Part shown: positions 10,258 to 18,130 of the stretch, in pieces
Layout of the letters: each line of letters opens with the position of its first letter
How positions within the stretch are numbered: position 1 is the stretch's first letter
Assembly: GCA_965221035.1 (NCBI GenBank)
Contig: OZ244860.1
Coordinates: forward strand, 992,687-1,056,686
Origin: Candidatus Rariloculaceae bacterium
Lineage (GTDB): Bacteria; Pseudomonadota; Gammaproteobacteria; Steroidobacterales; Rariloculaceae
DNA length: 64,000 nucleotides
Direction of reading: 5' to 3'
Notes under the pieces: generated by a model
What the model was told of the DNA's origin: nothing
The model's input: the letters and a program-made list of their open reading frames with translations, nothing else
Database searches by the model: none
Translations under genes and position numbers: made by a program

Positions 10258-10629
10258 ATGCAATTTAAACGACTGGCCCTTGTCTTCATTGCTGCCCAGG
10301 CCGTCTCAACGACCGCCTGGGCGCACCACTCCCACGGCAACTACCAGATGACCGAGTACATCGAGCTCGATGGGACAGTCACGGACCTTTATTTCATCAA
10401 TCCCCACGTCTGGCTGTATATGGATGTGGCAATGGAAGACGGGGAAACCGTGACGTGGGCCATGGAAGCCGCCGGCGCATCAACGCTTTCCAGAGCCGGG
10501 ATCGCCGAGGACGAACTCGAGCCCGGCGATGAGATTCACGTGAAGTGTCACGCGCTGAGGGACGGTTCGCCCGGTTGCCTGCTGGGATTCGTCACCACCC
10601 CTGACGGTGTCGTGAAAGAGTGGGATTGA
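10258..10629 (+). CDS. small secreted HHS/NPH-motif protein (resembles the DUF6152 type)
   Basis: 123 aa with a GGGAG Shine-Dalgarno. The signal peptide ends ..TTAWA and is followed directly by HHSHGNY, with NPHVW 36 residues after the HHS. It is a paralog of 13320..14375 and 21769..22158. Confidence 0.65.
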   Translation: MQFKRLALVFIAAQAVSTTAWAHHSHGNYQMTEYIELDGTVTDLYFINPHVWLYMDVAMEDGETVTWAMEAAGASTLSRAGIAEDELEPGDEIHVKCHALRDGSPGCLLGFVTTPDGVVKEWD

Positions 10630-10667
10630 CGCCCGCCGCAACTCAAGACCGAGTGCGGGCAGCCCCG

Positions 10668-10690
10668 GCCCACATGTTTGGGCGTTTTTT
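10668..10690 (+). terminator. possible rho-independent terminator
   Basis: GCCCA-catgtt-TGGGC stem-loop followed by g-TTTTTT, 39 nt after the stop at 10629. The stem is short (5 bp). A second GC hairpin (GCCCGC...GCGGGC, about 10631..10660) precedes it. Confidence 0.4.
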
Positions 10691-10753
10691 GGGCGTACGA
10701 CAACGCCAAGGGCATCGTTTAGAATAGGGATCGGACCGGACGGAGAATCGCAA

Positions 10754-11095
10754 ATGACCACCAGGGTTGATTGGTACTACCACCGCAACGGGTGAACCGG
10801 TTGTACCCGGGCTTCCAAGTTTCTGGAGGCCAATCACATCGAGATCGGCGAGCGGGTACCCGCAAGCAGGAAGCTGCAGGCGGCGGATGCCTCAGCCATT
10901 TTGGAGAACGCATCGCTTCTGATCGTTTCCATGGGCAGGAAGGTCAGCGAGTTTTCCGGCGACGGCCTGTCATCGGATGAAGCGGTAGCGGCCATGCTCG
11001 GGCGGACGGGCAATCTGCGTGCGCCGACGGCCCGGGTGGGCGAGACGGTGCTGGTGGGATTCAACGAAGACGTTTATTCGAGCGTATTCGCCTGA
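10754..11095 (+). CDS. ArsC/Spx-family glutaredoxin-like protein with in-frame TGA (candidate selenocysteine, U-x-x-C motif)
   Basis: ATG 10754 (GGAG 8 nt upstream) reads MTTRVDWYYHRNG-TGA(10793..10795)-TGCTRASKFLEANHIEIG...GRTGNLRAPTARVGETVLVGFNEDVYSSVFA, ending at stop 11095, all in one frame. The TGA sits exactly where ArsC-family proteins carry the first Cys of CxxC. The track shows only the C-terminal 64 aa (10901..11095). Confidence 0.6.
10811..10830 (+). promoter_or_regulatory. SECIS-like hairpin downstream of the in-frame TGA
   Basis: GCUUCCA-AGUUUC-UGGAGGC gives a 7-bp stem (one G-U pair) and a 6-nt loop containing G and U. The stem starts 15 nt after the UGA, so the loop lies roughly two dozen nt downstream, in the range I recall for bacterial SECIS elements. 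Confidence 0.4.
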
Positions 11096-11284
11096 GGGGC
11101 AAGAGCGAGCCGGCGGAGACGTCGTCCGCAAGACCCCCGGCAAGCCCAAAACCATCAGCCCGCCAATCTGGAACCGCCCGCCTCGCCAGCGCGCAATTCA
11201 TTCGCGCTGGCGCACCGACCGACGACCACATTCTGTCGAAACACGCGACACTCAGGCCGAACATGGTTCAACGTAGGCGTCAGC

Positions 11285-11314
11285 TTGCAGAAAAAAGATA
11301 TAAATCTATATAGT
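11285..11314 (+). promoter_or_regulatory. putative sigma70-type promoter of hipBA in an AT-rich patch
   Basis: TTGCAG (11285..11290), an 18-nt spacer, then TATAGT (11309..11314), within a conspicuously AT-rich stretch about 60 bp long in GC-rich DNA, just upstream of the GTG start at 11349. Confidence 0.3.
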
Positions 11315-11348
11315 ATGCTAGACATTATGTAATAAAAGGTATAGCTCG

Positions 11349-11669
11349 GTGGAGCACCGTAGACAGCTCCCCAAGGAAATCCGCACCGAAATTCGACGGG
11401 CCCGAAGAGCCCAGGGACGGAGTCAAGGCGATGTCGCCCGAGATGTCGGTTTGTCGCAAAAGCACGTTTCCAACATAGAGACGGGAAAGGTTGTTCCGCG
11501 AGTCGACACTCTGCTCGAAGTCGCGTGGGCGCTGAATCTGGAGTTGGTTCTCGTCCCACGCAGCGTCAAGGCAGCGGTCAACTCGCTTGCCCGCGGTCAA
11601 TCCGGTCCCGATTCGCCAAACACCTCGGAAGCACCGTGGTTCGAGGATCTGACCGAGGACAAGGGCTAG
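11349..11669 (+). CDS. hipB: XRE-family helix-turn-helix antitoxin (HipB-like)
   Basis: 106 aa with a GTG start. HTH segment SQGDVARDVGLSQKHVSNIETGK. Its stop is 7 nt before the hipA ATG. Confidence 0.8.
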   Translation: MEHRRQLPKEIRTEIRRARRAQGRSQGDVARDVGLSQKHVSNIETGKVVPRVDTLLEVAWALNLELVLVPRSVKAAVNSLARGQSGPDSPNTSEAPWFEDLTEDKG

Positions 11670-11676
11670 CAGACCC

Positions 11677-12957
11677 ATGGGAGGGGTACTTGAGGTCCTG
11701 CTGGGCGACGTTCGTGTCGGGATACTCGCCCGCGAAGCCGGCGGGAGACTCCGATTCCTGTTTGACGAGCAGTATTCGGAGATGTCGAACCGCCCCATAC
11801 TCAGTCTCTCCTACGAGGCCGCGCCCGGGCAACTGATGGGTATTGCGCCCAGGGCATACGCCGGACGCCTCCCACCCTTCTTCTCGAACCTTCTGCCGGA
11901 GGGCCCGTTGCGCGACTTGTTGATCCAGCGGGCCGGGGTACCGCGTTCGGATGAATTCGCCCTGCTTTGCGCACTCGGAGTGGATCTGCCAGGGGCTGTC
12001 AGGGTTGTCGATCCCGGTGCTAGTGCCGCCACCACCACCGATCATCCCTCCCGTCACCAACAGAACCGGCCGGGCGAGTCCCCGCTGCGCTTTTCGCTGG
12101 CCGGTGTACAGCTCAAGATGTCGGCGGTGCTCAAGGCGGGGGGCGGGCTGACGATCCCGCCGTCGGCAGGCGTCGGCGGCGACTGGATCGTCAAGTTGCC
12201 GGCCATGACAATGGATGCGCTTCCCGAAAACGAATTCGCGATGATGACCCTGGCTTCCGAAACCGGCATCCCCGTACCCGAAGTCGGGCTGATCGCGCTC
12301 GATGACGTGTCAGGCCTGCCGGACGAAATGCGTGATGGGTCGGGACGCGCATTGGCGGTTCGGCGTTTTGATCGACCGGTGGACGGAGCGCGGGTGCATA
12401 TGGAGGACTTCGCGCAAGTATTCGGGAAGTTCCCGGAAAGCAAATACGAGGGTCACAGCTACGCGAACATCGCCGCCGCATTGGCCGCCACAAGCTCCAA
12501 CGGACGGGAAGAAGCAATGGCCATTGTGCGTCGGGCCGTATTTTCCGTTCTGATCGGCAACGGAGACGCGCACTTGAAGAACTGGTCCGTCCTGTACGAA
12601 GACCCGGTCCAGCCCGCGCTCAGCCCCGCCTACGACCTCTTGTCGTCGATCCCTTATATTCCGCACGACCAGCTCGCGTTGGGGTTCGGCGGAAGCAAGG
12701 ATTTTCTTCCCTTCGACGACCGGCGTGTGGCGCGGTTCGCGAGGGCCGCGCGACTGCCCTTCGAAGCCGTTCGAAGGGAATGCTTGGAGACCGCGGAGCG
12801 CACGCTGGCCGCGTGGGCACGGCACGAACAGCGAGACGTGCTGCCCCGGAAGATCGACCAGACGGTTTCAACGCACATGGAGTCGGTGGCGCTTGGCATA
12901 TCGAAGTCGGTGGCTTCGCGAACCCGGCGCCGCAAAAGCAACCCGAAGGGGATATAG
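11677..12957 (+). CDS. hipA: type II toxin-antitoxin system HipA family toxin (Ser/Thr kinase)
   Basis: 426 aa. It has a HipA N-terminal coupling region, FSLAGVQLKMS, ALAVRRFDR and the catalytic loop GNGDAHLKNWSVLY. Confidence 0.9.
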   Translation: MGGVLEVLLGDVRVGILAREAGGRLRFLFDEQYSEMSNRPILSLSYEAAPGQLMGIAPRAYAGRLPPFFSNLLPEGPLRDLLIQRAGVPRSDEFALLCALGVDLPGAVRVVDPGASAATTTDHPSRHQQNRPGESPLRFSLAGVQLKMSAVLKAGGGLTIPPSAGVGGDWIVKLPAMTMDALPENEFAMMTLASETGIPVPEVGLIALDDVSGLPDEMRDGSGRALAVRRFDRPVDGARVHMEDFAQVFGKFPESKYEGHSYANIAAALAATSSNGREEAMAIVRRAVFSVLIGNGDAHLKNWSVLYEDPVQPALSPAYDLLSSIPYIPHDQLALGFGGSKDFLPFDDRRVARFARAARLPFEAVRRECLETAERTLAAWARHEQRDVLPRKIDQTVSTHMESVALGISKSVASRTRRRKSNPKGI

Positions 12958-13050
12958 CTGATGGCCCGGTTTGGGCGGCACCGCGGACGGGCGACGACGG
13001 CATCGACAAGGTCAGGTTGCGGGGTGCGTCGCAAATCCGTCTATGACTAT

Positions 13051-13126
13051 TGGTGGAGCCGAGGAGATTCGAACTCCCGACCTCTGCATTGCGAACGCAG
13101 CGCTCTCCCAACTGAGCTACGGCCCC
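13051..13126 (-). tRNA. tRNA-Ala (anticodon CGC)
   Basis: The reverse complement reads GGGGCCGTAGCTCAGTTGGGAGAGCGCTGCGTTCGCAATGCAGAGGTCGGGAGTTCGAATCTCCTCGGCTCCACCA. It forms a cloverleaf with the G3:U70 Ala identity pair, anticodon loop UUCGCAA and an encoded CCA. Confidence 0.95.
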
Positions 13127-13319
13127 ACCGTGCGGTGCGGGCGGAATTATCCCGCATTTGGCGCGGCGTAGCCATATTTACGCAGTTGATGCGGCGCGCG
13201 CAGGGTCGCATCGAGCATCCCGCATACCTTGATCCGTCGCCCTTGGCAGAGGTAGTGTCTTGTCAGCGCCGACCAATCTGAAATCAAGCCTTGCGGCGCA
13301 CGGCTTCGGGAGGATGATC

Positions 13320-14375
13320 ATGCGCAAGCAGTTGACAACACCGGCGGCCCGGCTGGCGACGGGCCTCGCGGGAACGCTCGCGGTCTCCGCGACGCTCGCG
13401 CATCACTCGGCGCGTATCACCTATGACATGGATTCCGTCATCGAAATCCGGGGCGAAATTACCGAAGTGGTTTGGCGCAACCCCCACGTGCGCTTCACCC
13501 TTGCCGGCGTGGACGAAGGCGGCACGCTCGAGACCTGGAACATCGAGAGCATTCCGGTCACGCGTCTGGATCGCGTCGGCATCACGCAAGGCATGCTTGC
13601 AATCGGCGACACGGTGACGGTGGCCGCATACCCCGCCAGACGCCCGGTACACGACGCCTATGCCATCAACATGCTGTTGGCCGACGGCCGCGAGGCGCTG
13701 CTGGACACCCCCGTCGCCCGCTGGACGGACAACACCGTGGGCACGGGCCTCGACGAGACACCCGGCACCCCCGGCGCCGATGCGTCCCTGGGCATCTTCC
13801 GGGTCTGGAGCACCGATGGTTCCTTCCTGCGCACGGAGACGCGCTTTCTCACCGAAGGCGGAACACTCGACTACCCGCTTACGGAAGCGGCGCTGGCCGC
13901 GCAGGCCGGGTGGGACCCGCTTGCCCCGGACAACCCCTTCCTCACCTGCACGCCCAAGGGAATGCCGACCATCATGCAGCAGCCCAATCCCGTGGAATTC
14001 ATCGACAACGGGGATAAGATTGTCTTCCGGATGGAGGAATTCGACACCCGGCGGATCATCCACATGACCGAGGGTGCCGGAGACCCCGACGCACCGCCAT
14101 CGGCGCTCGGGTACTCCACAGGCCGCTGGGAAGACGGCTCGCTCGTGGTGCGCACGACCCGTATCAATTGGCCCTGGTTCGACCAGAACGGCCTGCCTCA
14201 AAGCGAGGCCATGGAAACCCTGGAACGCTTCACGGTGAACGGGGAAGGCAGCCGCCTGGATTACGAAGTCGTCGTCACCGATCCGTGGCTGTTCACTGAA
14301 CCGGTCACCCTCGCCAAGTCCTGGCGATGGATACCCGGAGACGAGGTGCGGCGTTTCGATTGCACGGACGACTGA
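13320..14375 (+). CDS. secreted protein with N-terminal HHS/NPH (DUF6152-like) module plus about 230-aa C-terminal extension
   Basis: GGGAGGA Shine-Dalgarno before ATG 13320. The signal peptide ends ..SATLA, then HHSARITY...WRNPHVRF, aligning with the two 120-130-aa paralogs. I do not recognise the remainder. Confidence 0.6.
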   Translation: MRKQLTTPAARLATGLAGTLAVSATLAHHSARITYDMDSVIEIRGEITEVVWRNPHVRFTLAGVDEGGTLETWNIESIPVTRLDRVGITQGMLAIGDTVTVAAYPARRPVHDAYAINMLLADGREALLDTPVARWTDNTVGTGLDETPGTPGADASLGIFRVWSTDGSFLRTETRFLTEGGTLDYPLTEAALAAQAGWDPLAPDNPFLTCTPKGMPTIMQQPNPVEFIDNGDKIVFRMEEFDTRRIIHMTEGAGDPDAPPSALGYSTGRWEDGSLVVRTTRINWPWFDQNGLPQSEAMETLERFTVNGEGSRLDYEVVVTDPWLFTEPVTLAKSWRWIPGDEVRRFDCTDD

Positions 14376-14409
14376 GCATTGCGGACCGAAAGTTCAGCCG
14401 ACACTCGAC

Positions 14410-15507
14410 ATGACTGACGATCCTTCCCGCTATCACCGCCAATCGCTGCTTCCGGGCTTCGGCGAGCAGGGACAGCGGCGGCTGGGCAGGTCAAAGGCAT
14501 TCATATTGGGGTGCGGAGCGCTGGGCAGCATGGCCGCCGAACTGCTGGCTCGCGCCGGCGTCGGGCACCTCGTGATCGTCGACCGGGATTTTGTCGAGAT
14601 CACGAACCTTCAGCGGCAGGTGTTGTTCGACGAGCAGGACGTCGACAGCGCGGTGCCCAAGGCGGAGGCCGCCCGAAGCCGGCTCAGGAAGATCAACTCC
14701 GCCGTGCGGATCACGGCGATCGTCGACGACCTCAACCACGGCAACATGGCCCGGTACGCGTCCGGCGCCGACATCCTCGTGGACGGCCTGGACAATTTCG
14801 AAACCCGCTACCTCGCCAACGATTACGCCGTGAGGCACGGCATTCCCTACATGTACGGCGGCGCCGTCGGCACCGTCGGGGCGGCGTTCCCGATTCTGCC
14901 CCACACGCCGCACGGCGATGCGCCCTGGGAAAGGGAAGCCTACGGCGGCCGGCCGACGCCATGCCTGCGCTGTCTGTTCGAGGAAGCGCCACCACCCGGC
15001 GCGACGCCGACCTGCGACACCGTGGGCGTGCTGGGCGCCGCCGTCACGACGATTGCGAGCTTCCAGGCCGCCGAAACGCTCAAGGTGCTCACCGGCAACT
15101 TCAGCCATGTCTGCCCGACCTTGCTCAACATCGACCTGTGGACCAACACTATCACTCAGCTCAAGGCCACCGACGCGTACGACCGCGGAGACTGCCCGTG
15201 CTGCAAGCGGGAAATTTTCGACTACCTGGATGGCAGGGTTGGATCCGGGGCGACCACACTCTGCGGTCGGGAGGCTGTTCAGCTGACCCACAGGCAGAAT
15301 TCGAATGGGCTGGATATCGAGAGGGTCGCATCCCGACTGAGCGAACATGGTAATGTGATCGCCAACCGGTATATGCTCCGCGCCAATATCGTCGACGGTG
15401 GCCACGCGTACCGCCTCAGCCTGTTCCCGGACGGGCGCGCCATCATACATGGCACCTCCGAACCGAACGTTGCTCGAAGCCTGTACGCGAAGTATGTCGG
15501 CATCTGA
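14410..15507 (+). CDS. ThiF/MoeB/HesA family E1-like adenylyltransferase
   Basis: RYHRQ..L..FG..GQ..L....ILGCGALGS, VDRDFVEITNLQRQ, and two Cys pairs (CLRC, CPCC) forming the E1 zinc site. The C-terminal domain ends LFPDGRAIIHGT...ARSLYAKYVGI. Confidence 0.85.
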   Translation: MTDDPSRYHRQSLLPGFGEQGQRRLGRSKAFILGCGALGSMAAELLARAGVGHLVIVDRDFVEITNLQRQVLFDEQDVDSAVPKAEAARSRLRKINSAVRITAIVDDLNHGNMARYASGADILVDGLDNFETRYLANDYAVRHGIPYMYGGAVGTVGAAFPILPHTPHGDAPWEREAYGGRPTPCLRCLFEEAPPPGATPTCDTVGVLGAAVTTIASFQAAETLKVLTGNFSHVCPTLLNIDLWTNTITQLKATDAYDRGDCPCCKREIFDYLDGRVGSGATTLCGREAVQLTHRQNSNGLDIERVASRLSEHGNVIANRYMLRANIVDGGHAYRLSLFPDGRAIIHGTSEPNVARSLYAKYVGI

Positions 15508-15532
15508 ATGAATCCCGCCGAAGGAGATCGAC

Positions 15533-16735
15533 ATGACCGCCATCCGAGTCCTGGCCGGAACCAAGAAAGGAGCGTTCATCCTCACGTCGGACGGCGCCCG
15601 GGAGAACTGGACTGTCCTTGGGCCGCATTTCGCCGGTTGGGAGATCTACCACGTCAAGGGCTCTACCGTCGATCCCGACCGCATCTACGCCTCCCAGACC
15701 AGCGATTGGTTCGGCCAGGTCATTCAGCGCTCAAAAGACGGTGGCGCCACCTGGGAGCAGCCCGGACCGGGTCCGAAATTGCCTGAATCGCCCCCCGGTT
15801 CCGAAGACGGCGAATCAATGCCCCAGGGCAAGAGCAACCTGTTCGCGTATGACACGTCGGAGAGCACCGGCAAGCCGTTGACCACCCACCAGTGGTACGA
15901 CGGTACCCAGCATCCGTGGGAATTCGCCCGAGTCTGGCACCTGGAGCCCTCGTTGACCGATCCCGATGTCGTCTACGCCGGTGTTGAAGACGCGGCGCTG
16001 TTTCGGACCACCGACGGCGGCGAATCCTGGCACGAACTCGCGGGACTGAGGGGGCACAAGACCGGGGCCTCGTGGCAGCCAGGCGCGGGAGGCATGTGCC
16101 TGCACACGATCCTGCTCGACCCCGCAAACTCCGAACGGATCTTCGTTGCGGTCTCGGCGGCGGGATCGTTTCGCACGCTGGACGGCGGCAAGACCTGGAC
16201 GACGATCAACCGCGGGCTCAGCTCCAGTTTCATGCCCGATCCGACCGCCGATATCGGCCATTGCGTGCACAGTCTGGCGATGCACCCGTCCAGTCCGGAC
16301 AGGTTGTTCATGCAGAAACACTGGGATGTCATGCGCAGCGACGACGCCGGAGCCAACTGGTACGAGATCAGCGGTGACCTGCCGAGCGACTTCGGATATC
16401 CCATCGAAGTGCATGCCCACGAGCCGGAAACCATCTACGTCGTCCCCATCAAGAGCGACTCGATACACTTCCCGCCCGAAGGCAGGCTTCGCGTCTACCG
16501 GAGCCGGTCGGGCGGCCATGAATGGGAAGCGCTCACCAACGGGCTGCCCCAGAGCAACTGCTACGTGAACGTGCTGCGGGATGCGATGGCCGTGGATTCG
16601 CTCGATCCCTGCGGAATCTACTTCGGAACCACGGGCGGACAGGTCTACGTGTCGCCGGACGGTGGCGATCACTGGACCCCGATCGTGAGGGATCTGCCCA
16701 GCGTCCTGTCGGTGGAGGTGCAGACTCTGCCGTGA
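15533..16735 (+). CDS. BNR/Asp-box repeat protein (sialidase-fold beta-propeller-like)
   Basis: AAGGAG Shine-Dalgarno. Six S-x-D-x-G-x-(T/S/H)-W type Asp-boxes: [48 protein letters not shown]. No signal peptide seen. Confidence 0.8.
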   Translation: MTAIRVLAGTKKGAFILTSDGARENWTVLGPHFAGWEIYHVKGSTVDPDRIYASQTSDWFGQVIQRSKDGGATWEQPGPGPKLPESPPGSEDGESMPQGKSNLFAYDTSESTGKPLTTHQWYDGTQHPWEFARVWHLEPSLTDPDVVYAGVEDAALFRTTDGGESWHELAGLRGHKTGASWQPGAGGMCLHTILLDPANSERIFVAVSAAGSFRTLDGGKTWTTINRGLSSSFMPDPTADIGHCVHSLAMHPSSPDRLFMQKHWDVMRSDDAGANWYEISGDLPSDFGYPIEVHAHEPETIYVVPIKSDSIHFPPEGRLRVYRSRSGGHEWEALTNGLPQSNCYVNVLRDAMAVDSLDPCGIYFGTTGGQVYVSPDGGDHWTPIVRDLPSVLSVEVQTLP

Positions 16736-17028
16736 TCCGCGTCGAGCTCCCCTTCCATCTGAAAACGCTGGCCGGTGTCGACGGCGAAGTGGCGCTTACC
16801 GTGCGGGGCGAAGTCACGCGGGCCTCGATCCTGGATGCGCTGGAGGAGCGCTACCCGATGCTCCGGGGCACGATCCGCGACCACACTAGCGGCAGGCGGC
16901 GCCCGCTGGTCCGGTTTTTCGCGTGCCAGGTGGACGTCACCCACGACCCGCCGACCGCGCCGCTGCCGGCAACCGTGGCGACCGGCGCGGAGCCCTTTCT
17001 GATCGTCGGCGCGATCGCGGGAGGTTAG
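16732..17028 (+). CDS. MoaD/ThiS-family ubiquitin-like beta-grasp protein ending in Gly-Gly
   Basis: GTG 16732 overlaps the upstream TGA (GTGA). The 98-aa product [15 protein letters not shown]...[12 protein letters not shown] terminates with the GG tail used for C-terminal adenylation or thiocarboxylation. Confidence 0.7.
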   Translation: MIRVELPFHLKTLAGVDGEVALTVRGEVTRASILDALEERYPMLRGTIRDHTSGRRRPLVRFFACQVDVTHDPPTAPLPATVATGAEPFLIVGAIAGG

Positions 17029-17035
17029 TGCCCAG

Positions 17036-17917
17036 CTAACCCGTCAGGTGCTCCGTAAAGAAGTCGATCGTTCGGCTCCACGCCAGATCGGCCGCCGCTT
17101 CGTTGTAACGCGGCGTCGAATTGTTGTGGAAACCGTGATTGGTGCCCTCGTACATGTGCATGCGGTAGTCAACCCCATTTGCCTGCAGCGCCGATTCGTA
17201 CTCCGGCCACATGGCATTGATGCGCTCATCGTTCTCGGCGTACTGGATCATCATCGCCGCGCGAATGTCGGCCACGTCCTCGGAGGCCGGCGCCGCGCCA
17301 TAGAAGGGCACGCCGGCGCTGAGATCTTCGCCCAGCGCCACCGCCAGACGATTTGTCATGCCGCCGCCCCAGCAGAAACCGGTGGCGCCGAGGCGACCGG
17401 TGGAAAGTTCATGGGCCTGAAGGAAGCGGGCGCTGTTGATCATGTCCTGGCCCAGTTCGGCCGGATCAAGGCCTCGCTGCAGCGTGCGGCCATCGTCGTC
17501 GTTTCCGGGATAACCACCGACCGGCGAGAGCCCATCCGGCGCCAGCGCCAGGAAACCCGCGACGGCAGCGCGCCGGGCGACGTCTTCGACGTAGGGGTTG
17601 AGGCCGCGGTTCTCATGGAAGATGACCACCGAGGGAAAGGGTCCCTCGCCGGCGGGCTGGACGAGGTAGCCGCGCATCATGCCCGAGGTGCCGCCCGGCG
17701 ACGGGTATTCCACGTAGAGCCCCCGGATGCGCTCGTCGGTAAAGGAAATCGTCTGCGCCTCGGCATATCTCGGCATCAACGCCTGGGCCATCCAGAGGGC
17801 GGACACGCCGCCGATCGTGATGGCCGCCGCCTTGCTCATGAATTCCCGGCGATCAATGCGCCCATGACAGTACTCGTCGTATAGGTCAAAGATTCGTTGG
17901 TCGATTTCCTGTGCCAT
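17036..17917 (-). CDS. dienelactone hydrolase family protein (Tat-signal)
   Basis: GAGGAGGG Shine-Dalgarno. A twin-Arg-like RREFMSKAAAITIGG signal, then DLH-family core (VVIFHENRGLNPY..., GATGFCWGG nucleophile elbow). Confidence 0.85.
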   Translation of the reverse strand: MAQEIDQRIFDLYDEYCHGRIDRREFMSKAAAITIGGVSALWMAQALMPRYAEAQTISFTDERIRGLYVEYPSPGGTSGMMRGYLVQPAGEGPFPSVVIFHENRGLNPYVEDVARRAAVAGFLALAPDGLSPVGGYPGNDDDGRTLQRGLDPAELGQDMINSARFLQAHELSTGRLGATGFCWGGGMTNRLAVALGEDLSAGVPFYGAAPASEDVADIRAAMMIQYAENDERINAMWPEYESALQANGVDYRMHMYEGTNHGFHNNSTPRYNEAAADLAWSRTIDFFTEHLTG

Positions 17918-18130
17918 GGATTGTCCCTCCTCGATATGCATTTGATTCTTCGCTTGTACTGCGTGGCGCCAAATGGTGCCGGCCCGCGCCGTCTTCCCGG
18001 ATAATACAGCATGTACCGAAGCCGTTAGTGCTTGAACTGCATGACAATTGCGTAACAGGTTGTCACGACGCTGGGATCAGCCGACCCGACAACGCATAAT
18101 GGGAATTCTTGCAACGCAGGAAGCACACGC

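Noticed and set aside
10791-10815. A first small hairpin overlapping the in-frame UGA itself (GAA-CCGG uuguac CCGG-gc-UUC).
   Set aside because: It is only 4+3 bp with a bulge, and its loop is too close to the UGA to act as a SECIS apical loop. The cleaner 7-bp hairpin at 10811..10830 is the better candidate.
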